A stretch of 64,000 bases of DNA. Source: Squalus acanthias. Lineage: Eukaryota. Under the pieces are notes generated by a model. The model did not search any database, had not been told where the DNA came from, and saw nothing but the letters and a program-made list of their open reading frames with translations. The DNA lies in contig CM059433.1 of assembly GCA_030390025.1 (NCBI GenBank), positions 15,316,001-15,380,000 of the forward strand, in the 5' to 3' direction. A program made the position numbers and the translations under genes. This document shows, piece by piece, positions 24,740-37,849 of this stretch. Each line of letters opens with the position of its first letter. Positions within the stretch are counted from its first letter, which is position 1.

Positions 24740-25070
24740 GTGACGTGCAATTCAAAGAACATTATAACGCATCTCATAGCTAAATTCTCTGGTTCCACAC
24801 AAAGTTCTTTCATTTTAACAATCCATGCATGTCAGCCAAGCTGAATAATCAACTGCGAGTTTGTCTCCTGGGGAATCAAATGTGACCACGGCCTATGACA
24901 TCTGTACAAAATCCACCAAATGAAGCTGAGCAAAATTCTAATCATGCGTATCAAATCACAAGGTCAGTAACTGTGTGTACTTTTGGACTGCTGAAGCAAA
25001 GATTGAGATGAGTTGATCTCTCTTGTGGTCCCTCACTGTATGACCACATAAAGACTTGTAAAATGTTTGT
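24740..25070 (+). pseudogene. Ancient Harbinger transposase remnant
   Basis: Translates as NPPNEAEQNSNHAYQITRSVTVCTFGLLKQRLR*VDLSCGPSLY, alignable by eye to TPNTPAELRYNESHQATRNIVEYTIGVLKQWFRCLDHSGGALQY of the 57093 transposase. Confidence 0.6.
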
Positions 25071-25639
25071 CCAAGCAGCCTAATCTTCAAATTCTGTGTA
25101 CGTTGAAAAAATTGAGTAAAAAAAAATATGACACATTGTTCTGGGAATATTTACAGAGCGGGGGAACTGAACGCGGGCAGAGGAGGTAATGAATCGCTAC
25201 CAGTGTCCATTATTTTAATTTGCAAATTAAATCCCATTGAACTAGTGTCTCCTGTGTCAGTGACGTTTAGATACCAGCAACATAGTTCCTAGTTGGTACT
25301 GTAGCAGCAGCTGAGCCTTGGAATTTAAATAATTGGGAAAAATTAAAAATAGAGATTGATTTTCATTCATTATAAACTGAGGCATGTGAAGCATGCCAGG
25401 TAATAATTAATTTTTAAAACTTCCTTTAATTTGGCAGCAATTGTCAGTAAATTGGAATTCTCACTCAGAGAGGCCACCTTTTGTAGGAAATGGGCTATTT
25501 ACCTTGGTGCTGTGGGAAGTGCTCTTTTGCTGCATTATTAAGGCACATTGCTGGTCCAGAGTAAACAAAACTTCAATCTGTATCTTCTCCACAAATACTG
25601 GACCTGAGAGCACTCATACCAGACGCAATATGACATAAA

Positions 25640-26522
25640 GGGGGAAAAGTTCGGTTGCTTTGCGCCTCCCGTTAGCGCCCTAAGAGGGCGCTAATGGGGC
25701 GCAAAGCAACTAACGCCCGGGCGCGGCGATGTTTGCGCCGCTCGTGAAATTGACCAGACATTTTGCGGCACGCTAAACACTACTGCCACGATCTCCTGCG
25801 CCCGCAGATCGTGACGTCAGTCGAGCGTGCAATGCCCTGGTAGAAACCCGGCCCGGATATTGAGTGGCGCCCCCTGCCTTAGTGCTTGCCGCTAGCAACG
25901 ACAGGTTGAGGGAAGCGTTTTGCAGTCGGGAAGGGACTGAGGGAGCGCTATTTAAAGGCGGCCGCTTCCTGCCTTTTTTTGTCGGCGACATTTTTGCACC
26001 ACGCATTCTGAGAGAGAGAGAGAGACTTCTGGAGATATTCAACGCTGTGTGAAGGAGTTTTGGGTACTGAGCAGCACTTTGCAGGTTCATTTTGATTTGA
26101 CCTTCCTTGCATCGATTTAGAAGAGACTATGGGGGCTGCACTCTGAGCTCTTTCCCTGGGCCTCTTCATTGTTCTTTCCAGCAGATTGGATGTACAGGTC
26201 TCTCCAGGCCGAGATTCAAGGCTTCAATGAGCAGGGTGTGGATGGAGAGCAAGATCGGCCCTCCCCTTTAAGAACTGGCCAGCGGATGTGTGTCTGTGTT
26301 CCATTGCTGACTGACATCACATGAGCTTCGCCAGCGCTCTGAGATAGCGCCTCGCTCCTCGGCGTTAGCGCCTTAAGAGAGGTGTGTAGCGCCTGATTTA
26401 GCACTCCAATCACCTCCAGGGGCGATAGAAGCCAAGGCGAGGTGATAATTAGCGGCAGGCGCTAAACTTTGTGCCCGGCCGAGAATTGCGCCCCAAACGG
26501 GGCGATACAGAATTTCTCCCCC
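25640..26522. mobile_element. Internally deleted non-autonomous relative of the 56582-60724 Harbinger
   Basis: GGGGGAAAAGTTC / GAATTTCTCCCCC ends, AAA TSD. Left part is collinear with 56582-57105 up to the transposase start (gagactatgggggctgcact); right part is collinear with about 60388-60724. Confidence 0.92.
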
Positions 26523-27503
26523 AAAGTGTTCCATTCAACAGCATTGACATCCTTCCCCCCACCACCTCAGAAAGAAACCATTTTTATCAAAGGTTATGTT
26601 CAGGCAGGGTATACAGAGCTGATGATAAAAGGGTACAAGTTGATATGGTCGACATCATGCTGAGGTAATTATTGTTTATTCTGGACTAATAATGCATCAA
26701 AAGAGCACCTCTATAAGTGAAACTTGCACATACTGGTGACACCTCCTCATTCAGTCCCCCAGAATGACACAATGGAAAATTAAACATGCTACAATTACAG
26801 CACCCTGCCAATGGTGTAGCTTTGTAGCATCTGTGCCATATAGGCCGGACATTCCTGGGTTTTGCCCTGGGGAATGTGGAAAAACAAGGTCGGAGATCAG
26901 CTCATCAGATCCCTGTTCCTTCAACGTAGCCCTGTGATGGCTGTGGCTTTCCTGGTGGGGCGTTACTTAGCTGATGGAACTATTTAAATGAGGCAGAATG
27001 GGGCATTCCCCTGTCCTAGCATTTGCAGGGTGGGGAAGAACTTTTGCCTGCCACCCTGAAGCCACTGCAACTCCAACCCATTTTTCTAGACCAGGCGTCA
27101 GTTCCCATGTGGGCTGGATTCCTGGCTGCATCCCCACCAACAAGCAGGAGCCCACCATGGTGAGAGAACATAGTCCTGGTGGTGCTCCAGTAGGACTGTC
27201 ACTGCAGCACCAGGAGAAGCAGCCAGGGATATAAAGAAAGCTTAGAGGATTTCATAATTTATTTAAGGCTGCGTGCAGTGATACCCCAACTCCCGGCCAG
27301 AATGGCAATGTTTGGGTAAATCCCCCGTCAATCCCTGCTGTAAGTGACTGGGATTGATTTTACGCATAATAATTCATATTATGTAACTATTCTCCACGCT
27401 CTGCATTTTGCGGGAGAAATAACCTTGCTTTTATCGGGAGATTTTGTTGTAGTTTCGATCATGAGTCCTGTTTGCTGTAGTTCGCAGAGGCACATTAAAT
27501 AGA

Positions 27504-28112
27504 AATAACAACAGAAAATGCTGGAAATACTCAGCAGGCCAGGCAGCATCCGTGGAGAGAGAAACAGAGTTAACGTTTCAGGTCTGGGACCCTTCATCAG
27601 AACTGGAAAGAGCTGGAGATGTAACAGATATTAAGCAGGTGCAGAGACGGGGGGTGGAGGGGGGGTGGGGTGGGTGGTTTAGGAGGGGAGGAAGGAATTG
27701 AAAGAACATACTGTGCTTTTGTAAGAGGCAGGAAAGATAAAATGTTGCAAATGGGAATGGTAAAATAATACATCTTGAAAAATGGGGGCAGGGATTATTG
27801 TCTGAAATTGTTGAACTCGATGTTGAGCCCGGAAGGCCGTAAAGTGCCTAATCGAAAGATGAGGTGCTGTTCCTCGAGCTTACGTTGAGCTTCATTGGAA
27901 CAGTGCAATAGGCCGAGGACAGAGAGATCAGAGTGGGAGTGAAGCGGAGAATTAAAGTGACAGGCCACCGGGAGCTCAGGGTCCTCCTTACGGACTGAAC
28001 GGAGGTGTTCCGCAAAGCGGTCACCCAATCTGCGTTTGGTCTCTCCAATGTAGAGGAGACCGCATCGTGAGCAGCGAATACAGTATACTAAATTGCAAGA
28101 AGTACAAGTAAA
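27504..28112 (-). mobile_element. 5'-truncated Penelope-like retroelement with GIY-YIG endonuclease end
   Basis: Minus frame FTCTSCNLVYCIRCSRCGLLYIGETKRRLGDRFAEH...HF...GLN (GIY-YIG with CCHH). 13-bp direct repeat CACATTAAATAGA at 27491-27503 and 28113-28125. Confidence 0.92.
27568..27604 (-). ncRNA. Minimal hammerhead ribozyme motif
   Basis: Minus strand: agtt-CTGATGA-a-gggtc-cca-gacct-GAAA-cgtt-aact. Core intact. Confidence 0.8.
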
Positions 28113-28469
28113 CACATTAAATAGACCCTGTTTGCTGAGTAAATAGACCGTTCGCTGTGAGTCCTGCTGTAAGTACCATCCCGCCTCCAACTCATTGGCT
28201 GACACAGTGGCGTAAATACTCACGTTGTTTATTTAAACCTCGGCCAAGACTGAGTGAGGTCTATAAAGATTAGCGTCAACTAGATCCTCTTTCTCCATTT
28301 AATAACCAATATATAGAAATTTGTATTTATGTCGCATATTAAATCAAGATGAAATTGTATGATTTGTAGACAACAGCAAAACTAATGGGCTGACCTTTTT
28401 TTCAATGGTTCCCTGGAAAAGTGTCTGCATTGAGTATTCCAGAATCACAAGAACTTGCATTTATATAAT

Positions 28470-29133
28470 GGGGGAGAAATTGGGTTGCTTTGCGCCTCTC
28501 ATTAGCGCCCGCGGGGGGCGCTAACGGGGCGCAAATGCCCTACCGCCCGGGCATGGCGCTGCTAACGCCTCCCGCGAAATTCAGCGGGAGTTTAGCAGCG
28601 GCGGTAGCCATTAGCACCCCGCTCCGCTGCGTCAGCGATGATGACTTCATCACCATATGCAGCGCCCCGGCCGCAAACTTTCCTTGCGCCCCCTGAACTG
28701 TCACCGGGCGATGGGACCGACAGGATCAGGGGGCGCCTTTGCAGCGGCGGTAGCGTGCGGCGACGCTACTTAAAGGGCAGTTGTCAGGCGGCCATTTTTA
28801 TTTTGGCCGACTGCCAGCACCTGCCCACCTTTAACATTGCTATGCGGGGTGCTGGCCGCGATCGCTCAGTCCAGCACTCCTCTTGAGTGCCGGGCTGTTT
28901 CCATGGCACCCTGCTCCCCGGTGGTCCGGAAGGGCCCCGGTGCGCACAGCGCTAGGCCCCTCCCCCTTAATCAGAAGACGAGGCCTGTATGGCGCGGTGG
29001 CACGTAGCGCCGCGACATTGAGTAGTAGCGCCCCAAGCAGGAGGTGGAGCGCTTCCTTCTTGGGGCGCTACTACTGAATTTACAGGGGAGGGGTGCTAAC
29101 TTTTTTGGGGCGCAATGCAGCAATTTCTCCCCC
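28470..29133. mobile_element. Harbinger-type MITE nested in an L2 tail
   Basis: Perfect 13-bp TIR GGGGGAGAAATTG/CAATTTCTCCCCC. AAT TSD at 28467-28469 and 29134-29136. Many GCGCC motifs. Confidence 0.92.
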
Positions 29134-29136
29134 AAT

Positions 29137-29610
29137 GTCTTTAATGTAGGAATATGTCCCAAAGCATTTCACAGAAACGTAATCGGACAAAATGGATGCT
29201 GTGCCAAAGGAGGAGATATTAGGAGGAGTGACTAAAAGCTTGGTCAAAGAGGTGGGTTTTAAGAAGGGTCTTAAAGGAGGAGAGGGAGATGAAGGGGTTT
29301 AGGGAGAGAATTCCAGAGCATAAGGCCAAGTCAATTGAAGGCATGGATATCAGTGGTGGGGCAAAAGGATTGTGGGATGTACAAGAGGCCAGAGTCGGAA
29401 TAACAAAGAGTTCTCAAAGGGGTATAGATCTGCGGGAAGTTACAGAGATAGGGAGAGGCAAGGCCATGCAAAGAGTTGAGCATGAGGATGAGAATTTTAA
29501 ATTTGAGGTGTTGGGGTCTGGGTGCCAATGAAGGGCCGCAAGATCAGGGGCGATGGGTGAACGGAACTTGATGCGTGATAGGATACGCGCAGAAATGTTT
29601 TGGATAACTT
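29137..29610 (-). mobile_element. L2 LINE 3' fragment
   Basis: Minus frame FKILILMLNSLHGLASPYLCN matches the L2 C-terminus at 39800-39870. Confidence 0.85.
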
Positions 29611-30029
29611 AGTACTGCACTCATTGCTTCAAGAGTGAGATTTTGTATCAACTTGTAACTTTTGTTAATGAGGCATGACTTTTTCATTATTCTATTAACA
29701 GTTAGAATATTTGTCTTGGTGCATTATAAACCACATTCCTGTAGATGGTGAATCTGTTGTGGAAATGCAGTGAGGAAGAGCTTGTGGCTGAGGTGAGATA
29801 TCTCTGTAAGGTGGGAGCTTTTACTTCACATTTGAAGCTGTCAACTTTACAACTGATTCAATGGCCACTGAACTCCCACCTCAGCTTGACAGACGTGATC
29901 CCCGAGCAGCGAGGACCCCATGGGCGAGCACGTAAAATCAAAAGGTGAGCTCAAATGTATTCTTAATGATCTCTGAATAAGTTCATATTGACCTGAATTG
30001 GGTCCCCCGCCGCTGTGTGTCGGGTCTGC

Positions 30030-30375
30030 TCAGCGCTGACAGACCAATGGTGGAGCAATTAAAATCGTGGATGCGCAAGAGGCCAGAATTGGAGGAGCGC
30101 AGATATCTCAGAGAGTTGTAGGGTTGGAGGAGGTTACAGAGATAGGGAGGGGCAAGGACATGAAGGTTATTTAAAAACAAGAATGATCATTTTAAAATCG
30201 AGGCATTGCCAGACCGGGAGCCAATGTAGGCCAGCGAGCAAGGGGTGATGGGTGAACGAGACTTGGTGCGAGTTAGGAGACGGGCAGCAGAGTTTCAGAT
30301 GAGCTGAAGTTTATGGAGGGTGGAAGATGGGAGGCCAGCCAGGAGAACATTGGAATAGTCAGGTCTAGAGGTAAG
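30030..30375 (-). mobile_element. L2 LINE fragment
   Basis: Minus frame LAPPYLCNLLQPYNSLRYLRSSNSG; similar to 39615-39950. Confidence 0.85.
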
Positions 30376-31379
30376 ATCATTCAGTAGACCAATAGCCCTA
30401 CTGCTAAGCTTTTAAATTAGAACGCCAATATACAGGAATGTAGAAAATGGAGGATATTTGCTAGATGGTGGCACAGTGACTCCAAACTCACCCTTGCCAT
30501 TGCACTCTGTGGATTCCCATCACATAGAGTGAGTGCCATCGCCTCAAAGATAGTAAGCTGCTTTTGTATTGCTGGCTAACCTATCCTGGTTCTCTCCCAA
30601 TGATCTTACGCACCCTTAGCCCATAAGAAGAGCTGATGAGCATCCCATGCCCTGACCAAATCCCCCCTTGGCCCTGATGGTCCGCATAAGTTCATAGAAT
30701 GGTATTCCGTGCACAACTATCTTTTCATAGATCTATTAAGAGTTTGCGCAGGAGCAATGCTGTGTACTATCTTGGCAGGTAAATCTCCCAGAGGATGCAG
30801 TGAATGGACATTTACATTGGGATCGCACCTTGTATGAAGGAACAGTATGAATGTATGTAAAGCTGCCTATACTACACTTACCTTGGCACTTCTTTTGATG
30901 CCACTGAACTTCTTTCTCATCTACTCCCAGGTTTGTTGAAACTGTACTAACTCATTCCATGTTGTTGGTGCTGTCCTTGGGGAAAGAGTGTGAAGTAGTG
31001 GAACATTTTGGAGACTGATTAACAGTCTGACAGTCCACAACGTAAATGTTCCTTTAATGGCCATAAGCATCTTTATACCAGCCAATAGGGTGGCTAGTCC
31101 TGTACAGCTGCAGGTTTTTATGGGCTTGCACAACCCATATGATGAGGGGCGGGTGGTGGGGGCGGGGGGGGGCACCCATACTCACCGGAGGCGAATATCC
31201 CATTGGATGACAACCCAGAATTCAGAGCCAGAGATCCAGACTTCTTTCGCCAGAAATATCCAGAACAGGGTTCGAATCATGCACTATTAAGCCAAGGGCT
31301 CACTCCCAACAAATTCCATGAACTCCTCCCAGGAACTGTGGGCCTCTGATTTCAGAGTGGGAATAATCTTTCACTCAAA

Positions 31380-32115
31380 AGAGGGCCAGCACCCTTTGGC
31401 AGAGTTCTGTGATCACTACCTTGGTGATGCAGAGCCATCTAATACACTGCTTCTTGCTTATTTGAAGGTAGGAGAGGTTCTTTCAGAATACCCTTGGAGG
31501 GTAAGGCCTTCTGGTGAGAGCCCTGATGTCCCTCCTCATGTTCCTGTATTTCTGGCTGCCTACGCTCCCTCCGCCGTAGATCGTGGAGGGCGAGGTGGCG
31601 CCAGTACAGCCCCCATTAATGTTGCCAAGTGTATCAGTTTGAATCTTTGAACAATAAATGTAAGCACTTTGCACTTGCCAGATCACTGCTGATAAAAAAG
31701 AACCTTGAAATTACTCATACAAACTGCTCCACTAGCTGAAACTGACAAGAAACCACTGAAACTAACCTGCCCTGACAGCTGCGAGTGACTAATGCGGATG
31801 CCTTTAAATAACGTCCCTGGAGCCGGCATCCTGCAGCTGTGCGCCTCCTCTCCCTGTCACTGTCTGGTCGAGGTGCAAAGGGAAGTGGTGAAAATCAATT
31901 TTGCAGAAAGGGCGCCCAGTGAGCGTAGCACGCTCACTGACGTCACGATTTGCCTGCCGTTGAAGTCCCCGGCGGTAACTTGTACCGGCGACACAACGGG
32001 GCATCCGGATTTGCCGTCGCCACTGGATTCGCCTCACCCCGGCGCTACTGCATCAGCACCGCATTACTGCCCTCTGCAGGCGCTAACGGGAGGTGCTAAT
32101 TTCCCCCCCCCCCCC
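31380..32115 (-). mobile_element. Decayed Harbinger left end with transposase N-terminus remnant
   Basis: Minus frame RRPYPPRVF*KNLSYLQISKKQCIRWLCITKVVITELC resembles RRAYPPRVYREQLSYIQLSEEQCLRRLRFSKEVVTELC. Terminal ggcgctaacgggagg...aatttccccc near 32080-32115. Confidence 0.7.
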
Positions 32116-33269
32116 GGAGTCTTCTCCTAGGCCATTATTGCATCAATGTGCAAAGTGTCTGCTGTACCTCCACTTTCACTCAGGCGCAGCACTCCTCTAC
32201 TCTGCTTTAAAGGTGAGCAACAGCCCTTTAAGTGCATTTGGTGGGCCCAATTTTCCAATTTGCAGTCAACCAGCCTCCAGGTCTAACTCCCTATGCAGTC
32301 AGATTAAGAGGCGGGGCCTACATTCAGAAATTAGCTCAGGCCTGCCCCTCCCCCCGAGGCCATCACTGGTGCAGCCACCACAGCCACTTTTACTGCGATC
32401 GGAAAAGGGGACTTATAATTTTCTGTCAAATCAAACTAGTTTGAGTATTTTTCTCAAATTCTCAAAAATGAGATGCAATTCATTTACCCTTTCTCATCAG
32501 TTCTGTGTTCAGTGTATCTTTCTTCAATGCAGGCAGCCATTTACTGTTTTATATTGCGGAATAAGAGGGACGATGTTGCACTGTAGCCCTGTGTCCACCA
32601 TTTCCAGTTTCTGGAGTTTTCCACCACATGTTGCAGTCCCGTATCCTCGGAGTTCTTTAATACATTCAAGGAGACATTGGTTCACCTGGTGTTAATTAAT
32701 ATCCTGTAAAAAAAAAATTGCACAGTGTGAAATCTAAAAAATGTTCCTACTGTAATTGGTCTTTTAAATCAAGTACACCATTTAGTGAAATCCAAATTAT
32801 AATTTTAAGATCAGCCATTAATTAAAGTAAGTAATGCATTAGATGTTGCATTCTGGTGAAAGATAATGAAGCTCTATAATTGAATGACTCAGAGCAGATT
32901 CATATTTAGGTGAAAATAATACGCTAAAGCTAACAAAGTAAAAGCCATCATCAGGATTAGGATTTAGTTAAACCTTTTCATTGGCAACTGAGGCTTTCAA
33001 CTGAAACCGTCCAACTGAGACCGCACTTGACCACAGGAAAGATCATTTAATAGAACACCTGCTGTATACCTCAGAGAGTGATAATCCAGTTATGTGATGT
33101 TAATTTAGGTGTCATTGTGCTCTACCTGCGTCACAATGCTCTTGAAAACACTCCAGGCAAAGAAAATAATATTTACCTTGTGACTATGGTAGACCAACTC
33201 TTCCTGAATCTGCTTTCTGTTTCTGGAGCACTTCAAACATCATATACTAGGGACCAAGAAAAGTGACCC

Positions 33270-33670
33270 AGCATTCACAGCCTTTTGGGGGAAGAGAGTT
33301 CCAGATTTTCACAACCGATACGTGTGAAAAATTGCTTTCTGATTTCTCTCCTAATTGGCTCAGCTCTAACTGTAAGATTATGTAGTCTTGTTCTGGATTC
33401 CCCCACCAGCGGGAGTAGTTTCTTTGTATTCACCCTGTTGAATCCCGTTATCATTTTAAAGATCTTGTTTAGATCACTCCTCAACCTTCTATACTCAAGG
33501 GAATACAAACCAAGTTTATGCAACCTGTCCTCATAATTTAACCCTTTAAGCACTGGTATAATTCCGGTGAATCTGCGCTGTACCCCTCCTCGGCCAATAT
33601 ATCTTTCCTGAGGTGTGGTGCCCAAAACTGAAGGCAATACTCCAGATGGGGTCTGACCAAGGCTCTGGCT
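33270..33670 (-). mobile_element. CR1 LINE fragment
   Basis: ORF 33275-33637 VQRRFT...GLNYEDRLHKLGLYSLEYRRLR. Confidence 0.85.
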
Positions 33671-33889
33671 TATGAGGAAAGACTAAAGAAACTTGGGTTT
33701 TTTAGCCTGTAAAGGAAACGTCTGACGGTGATCTTACAAAGGTATTTAAGATAGGAGAATAGAAAAGGCAAATCCACAATCTTGCTTTAAGTTAAATAGC
33801 AAGTAGGACAGGAGGACATAGATTCAAACTAGTAAATGGTCATTTGGGACTGATACACAAAGAGTAATCATCAACATATGGAATTGACT

Positions 33890-34603
33890 GGGTGTCCTTG
33901 TACATGAGTCACTGAAAGTGAATGTGCAGGTGCAGCAAGCCATTAGGAAGGCAAATGGTATGCTGGCCTTCATTACAAGAGGATTTGAGTACAGGAGTAA
34001 AGAAGTCTTACTCCAATTATATAGGGCCTTGGTGAGACCACACCTGGAGTACTGTGTACAATTTTGATCTCCTTACTTAAAGAATGATATACTTGCCAAA
34101 GAGGGAGTGCAATGAAGGTTCACGAGATTGATTCCTGGGATGGCGGGACTGTCGTATGAGAAGAGATTGAGTAAACTAGGCCTGTATTTTCTTGAATTCA
34201 GAAGAATGAGAGGGGATCTCATTGAAGCATACAAAATTATTACAGGGCTTGACAGGGTGGATGCTGGGAGAATGTTTTCATTGGCTGGGGAGTCTAGAAC
34301 CAGGGGCCACCGCCTCAGGATAAAGGGTAGGCCATTCAGGACTGAGATGAGAAGAAATTTCTTCACACAGAGGGTGGTGAATCTTCGGAATTCTCTACCC
34401 CAGAGGGCTGTGGAGGCTCAGTCATTGGGTATATTCAAAACAGAAGTCGATAGATTTCTGACTAGTAAGGGCATCAAGGGATATGGCGATAAGGCCGGTG
34501 AATGGAATTGAGGCAGAAGATCAGCCATGATCTCATTGAATGGCGGAGCAGGCTCGAAGGGCCGAATGGCCTACTCCTGCTCCTATTTCTTATGTTCTTA
34601 TGT
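33890..34603 (+). mobile_element. CR1 LINE 3' fragment
   Basis: ORF 34128-34511 is the CR1 C-terminus, followed by the 3' UTR and a ttcttatgttcttatg tail. Confidence 0.92.
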
Positions 34604-37349
34604 ACTTCCAGGAAAAGTAGTGGAGACACAAACCATGGAATCTTTTAAGAAACAATTTGAACTTTCTTACCTACCACTATAACATCACCTCTCAGACATT
34701 TCCTGAAACGGGGGGAGGCGGGGGGAGACTTTATGATCTTCCTGGGTGAATGAGCTAAGATGAGCCTAATGGCCTTCCTCATCCATAATTATTGTGTGAT
34801 CTTGTGACATAACTTAAGTTGAGAGAGGGGAGTGGGTGTAATTGACCTTGAGAGGAAATGATAGGCTGGCATTTTCATTCTGGATTGCCATTCAATGCAC
34901 TGCTAGAAGGTTCTGGAAGCCAAATGAGCACCAGGTCATTCACATAGTTGAGTAGCGTGTTTACCGTCCCTGTGCAGGCTCGTGAATGAAAGTCCATCTC
35001 TTAGGTCAGGTACCAGATGGGAGCTGCCACAGTGAAACTGTGTCCCAGCAAGAACCATTGCCTTCAGGTGAGGTGGACTAAGACGAGAAAGACTTAAAGA
35101 AAAATTTGAAGAAATTATTACAGCATGGGAGCATTGGAGAGACCATTGTGGTCCATCTGGCCTGTCCCAGTGTCTGGGAAATGTCATATTCCATGATACC
35201 TCTCAAACCCACCTCCCATCAAATTTTTGTCCAAGCACTTATCAAACTTTCTAAAAATTGACAGATTCTTATTCTGTCAGCATACCAAGGGATATGGATC
35301 AAAATTGGGTAAATGGAGTTGAGGTACGGATCAACCATGATCTAATTGAATGGCAGACCAGGCTTCAGCAGCTGAATAGCCTACTCCTGTTCCTATGCTC
35401 CTTTCGAATTTGCTGATACAAGCAGCCCCCTCTGCCTGCCTTGACAGCCCATTCCATGCACTCATCAGTGTCTGCGCAGATTAATTTAATCAAAATCATT
35501 TTTTTTCACTCTCCCTCTATAAGTCTGAGACCGTGCCCTCTTCTGCTTTATGTAAATTTTATGAATCAAGTAAAGCTTCTCAGTAGGCACTGAATGCAAG
35601 AGAAAGTACAGGATCATTACACAGCATACAATTCCTAAAACTGAGAACCTGCTGTAAACTTAAGAATCTCTCCTGGATTCTGGAGAGAGATTCTTTGAGC
35701 TTGGATGAAAAAGAGATAGTTATTGCAAATACATAAAGTCCCTAATAATGTGTATTGTCTTTGTAATACATGCTGCTCTGGCCTCTCGATTTAGTAATTT
35801 TGCAAGGATCTTGGAAGCTGCCTTGAATTTTAATTTTAAACCGAATGTTACATATATAGAGCCTTCCATAATGACAAGAACTCATACATTTCAAAAGTAT
35901 TAATGGGGGACATAGGTCCAACTGGTGTTGCTTAGGGAATGAGTAACTCAAACTATAGGGCAACTATTCCGCAGCTCACAATGTACATACAGTAATTAAA
36001 TGTTTTTAAAAACAATTTTCTTGACGTTTATAGAGGCTATGATGCACGTCAAAACTGACACCATATTACTTTTTAATCATGCCCTTGTATGCATATCTGA
36101 TAGTTTCTCCAGAAACTCAGATCTCCAAGGTGGCATTTTAATGAATCATTGTTGATGGATCATCAAATTATTAAAAGACTTAGAAGAATTACTCATCATT
36201 AATGATACAGCTGTATCTCCATCTACTCTTGGTAAATTATTAGAGCTTATTTTAAGCTGAAGATTAATCTCCCATCTGCCATTCAGTAAGTACAGGGCGC
36301 ATGAAATAGCTTTCGAAACAGAAAAAAGACTGGAAACATACCAAAAATACTTTGGAGCTTAATGAACTGGGAACAAAATATATCAAACAGCATGATAGCT
36401 CAAACGTTAAAATTTACTACTGTTCGTGAAGTATAATTTTTAATGCAGTGGAAAATGTGGGCAAATTATTAATGCACTGGATGAGAAAAGGTGGCGTGAT
36501 AACTTCCACCTGCAATATTAGATAAAATCTTACATTTCACCTCCAGGATTTTAAAAAATCTTGCAAGACATTATGTCCAGCTGAAAATGATCCCTTCTGC
36601 GAAAACCTGCCCGATATTTTATTCAATAAACTAATTTTACCCTGTGTTATCGCAGAAGAGAAAAAGTCCCATTGTACATCCCGTTACAATTAAAGAGATA
36701 AAAAATGGTATCTGTGCTCTCCTTTCAAAAAGTGCCTTATTCATCAGATTTATATAAAATATACTGTAATAAGCTTGCATCTTTATTGCTATAGATGTAT
36801 AATAAAGCCCTTACGACCAGGAGTGTCCAGAAACACTCTGTGTGGCTTAATTTCATATATTTAAGAATACATTCAGGTTCATTTCCCTAATAAGTATGGA
36901 ATGCAAAATCTTATCTCAGATCTTGGTGATTAGATTTGAAAGACATCTTTAATTATTAAGTGGCATCAAGTGAGAATGATCTATCATTGAAATTCTTAAA
37001 ACATTATTTAATATCTGTTCTGCTCACATAGATTTACAAGTTGCTATCTCCTCTGATGCAGAGAAAGCATTTGATATTGATAAGTGACCCGATCTATTCC
37101 ATTATTGCCTGAGTGCCTTTGGGGGCAAAATTCCCATCGTTTGAGCCTCTACTGGTTTTTGTTATGTTGTTTGAGGGATAAATATTGCCCAGGACGCTGG
37201 GGAGAACTCCCCTGCTCTTCTTCCAAATAGTGCCATGGGATCTTTTACGTCCACCTGATAAGGCAGACGGGGCTTCAGTTTATCATCTTATCTGAAAGAC
37301 AGCACCTCTGACAGTGCCATAGGAGTTCTGAGACACAGTCTCAGGAATG

Positions 37350-37690
37350 AGGCCCTGGCTCCTTGGGAGAAGCATCTGCTGTCCTGTCTCAGAATGACAG
37401 CATGCCTGCTCCACCACAACCCACTCTGTCAGTGACCTTGTTAGTGCCATACAGCCAGTTGGGCCAGACAGCCCGTCCCATGCTGAGATGCTGCAGTCTG
37501 CAGCCAGGCCCTTAAGCCCCAGAGCTGCTTGAGGTCGTCCTCCACAGACATCTGAAGTGTCCTCAATGGAAGCTCAGCAACCTTCCATCACCTAAGCTGT
37601 AGCCACTGGCGATATACTTCGTAGAAGCACTAGGAAAGATAAACGAGCATGTTAGACAAGCACTAAGGGGTTTCACAAGGGTGATTAGTG
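37350..37690 (+). pseudogene. Decayed Harbinger Myb-partner C-terminus
   Basis: ctgtcctgtctcagaatgacagc...cccagagctgcttgaggtcgtcc...cttcgtagaagcactagg...cacaagggtgattag parallels 16240-16552. A matching minus-strand transposase scrap lies at about 40310-40370, beyond the L2. Confidence 0.7.
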
Positions 37691-37849
37691 AATTTTCTTG
37701 TAAATTATAAGACACAGATGGAATTGAGTTGTTAGATAAATGTGTTTATTATTCTGGATTTGATGTTGGTATTTATATTTGTAAGACAGCAAAGACTGGT
37801 GCAGGATAAATGCATCATGATAAATGCATCGCAGATAAGGCCATTTCTT

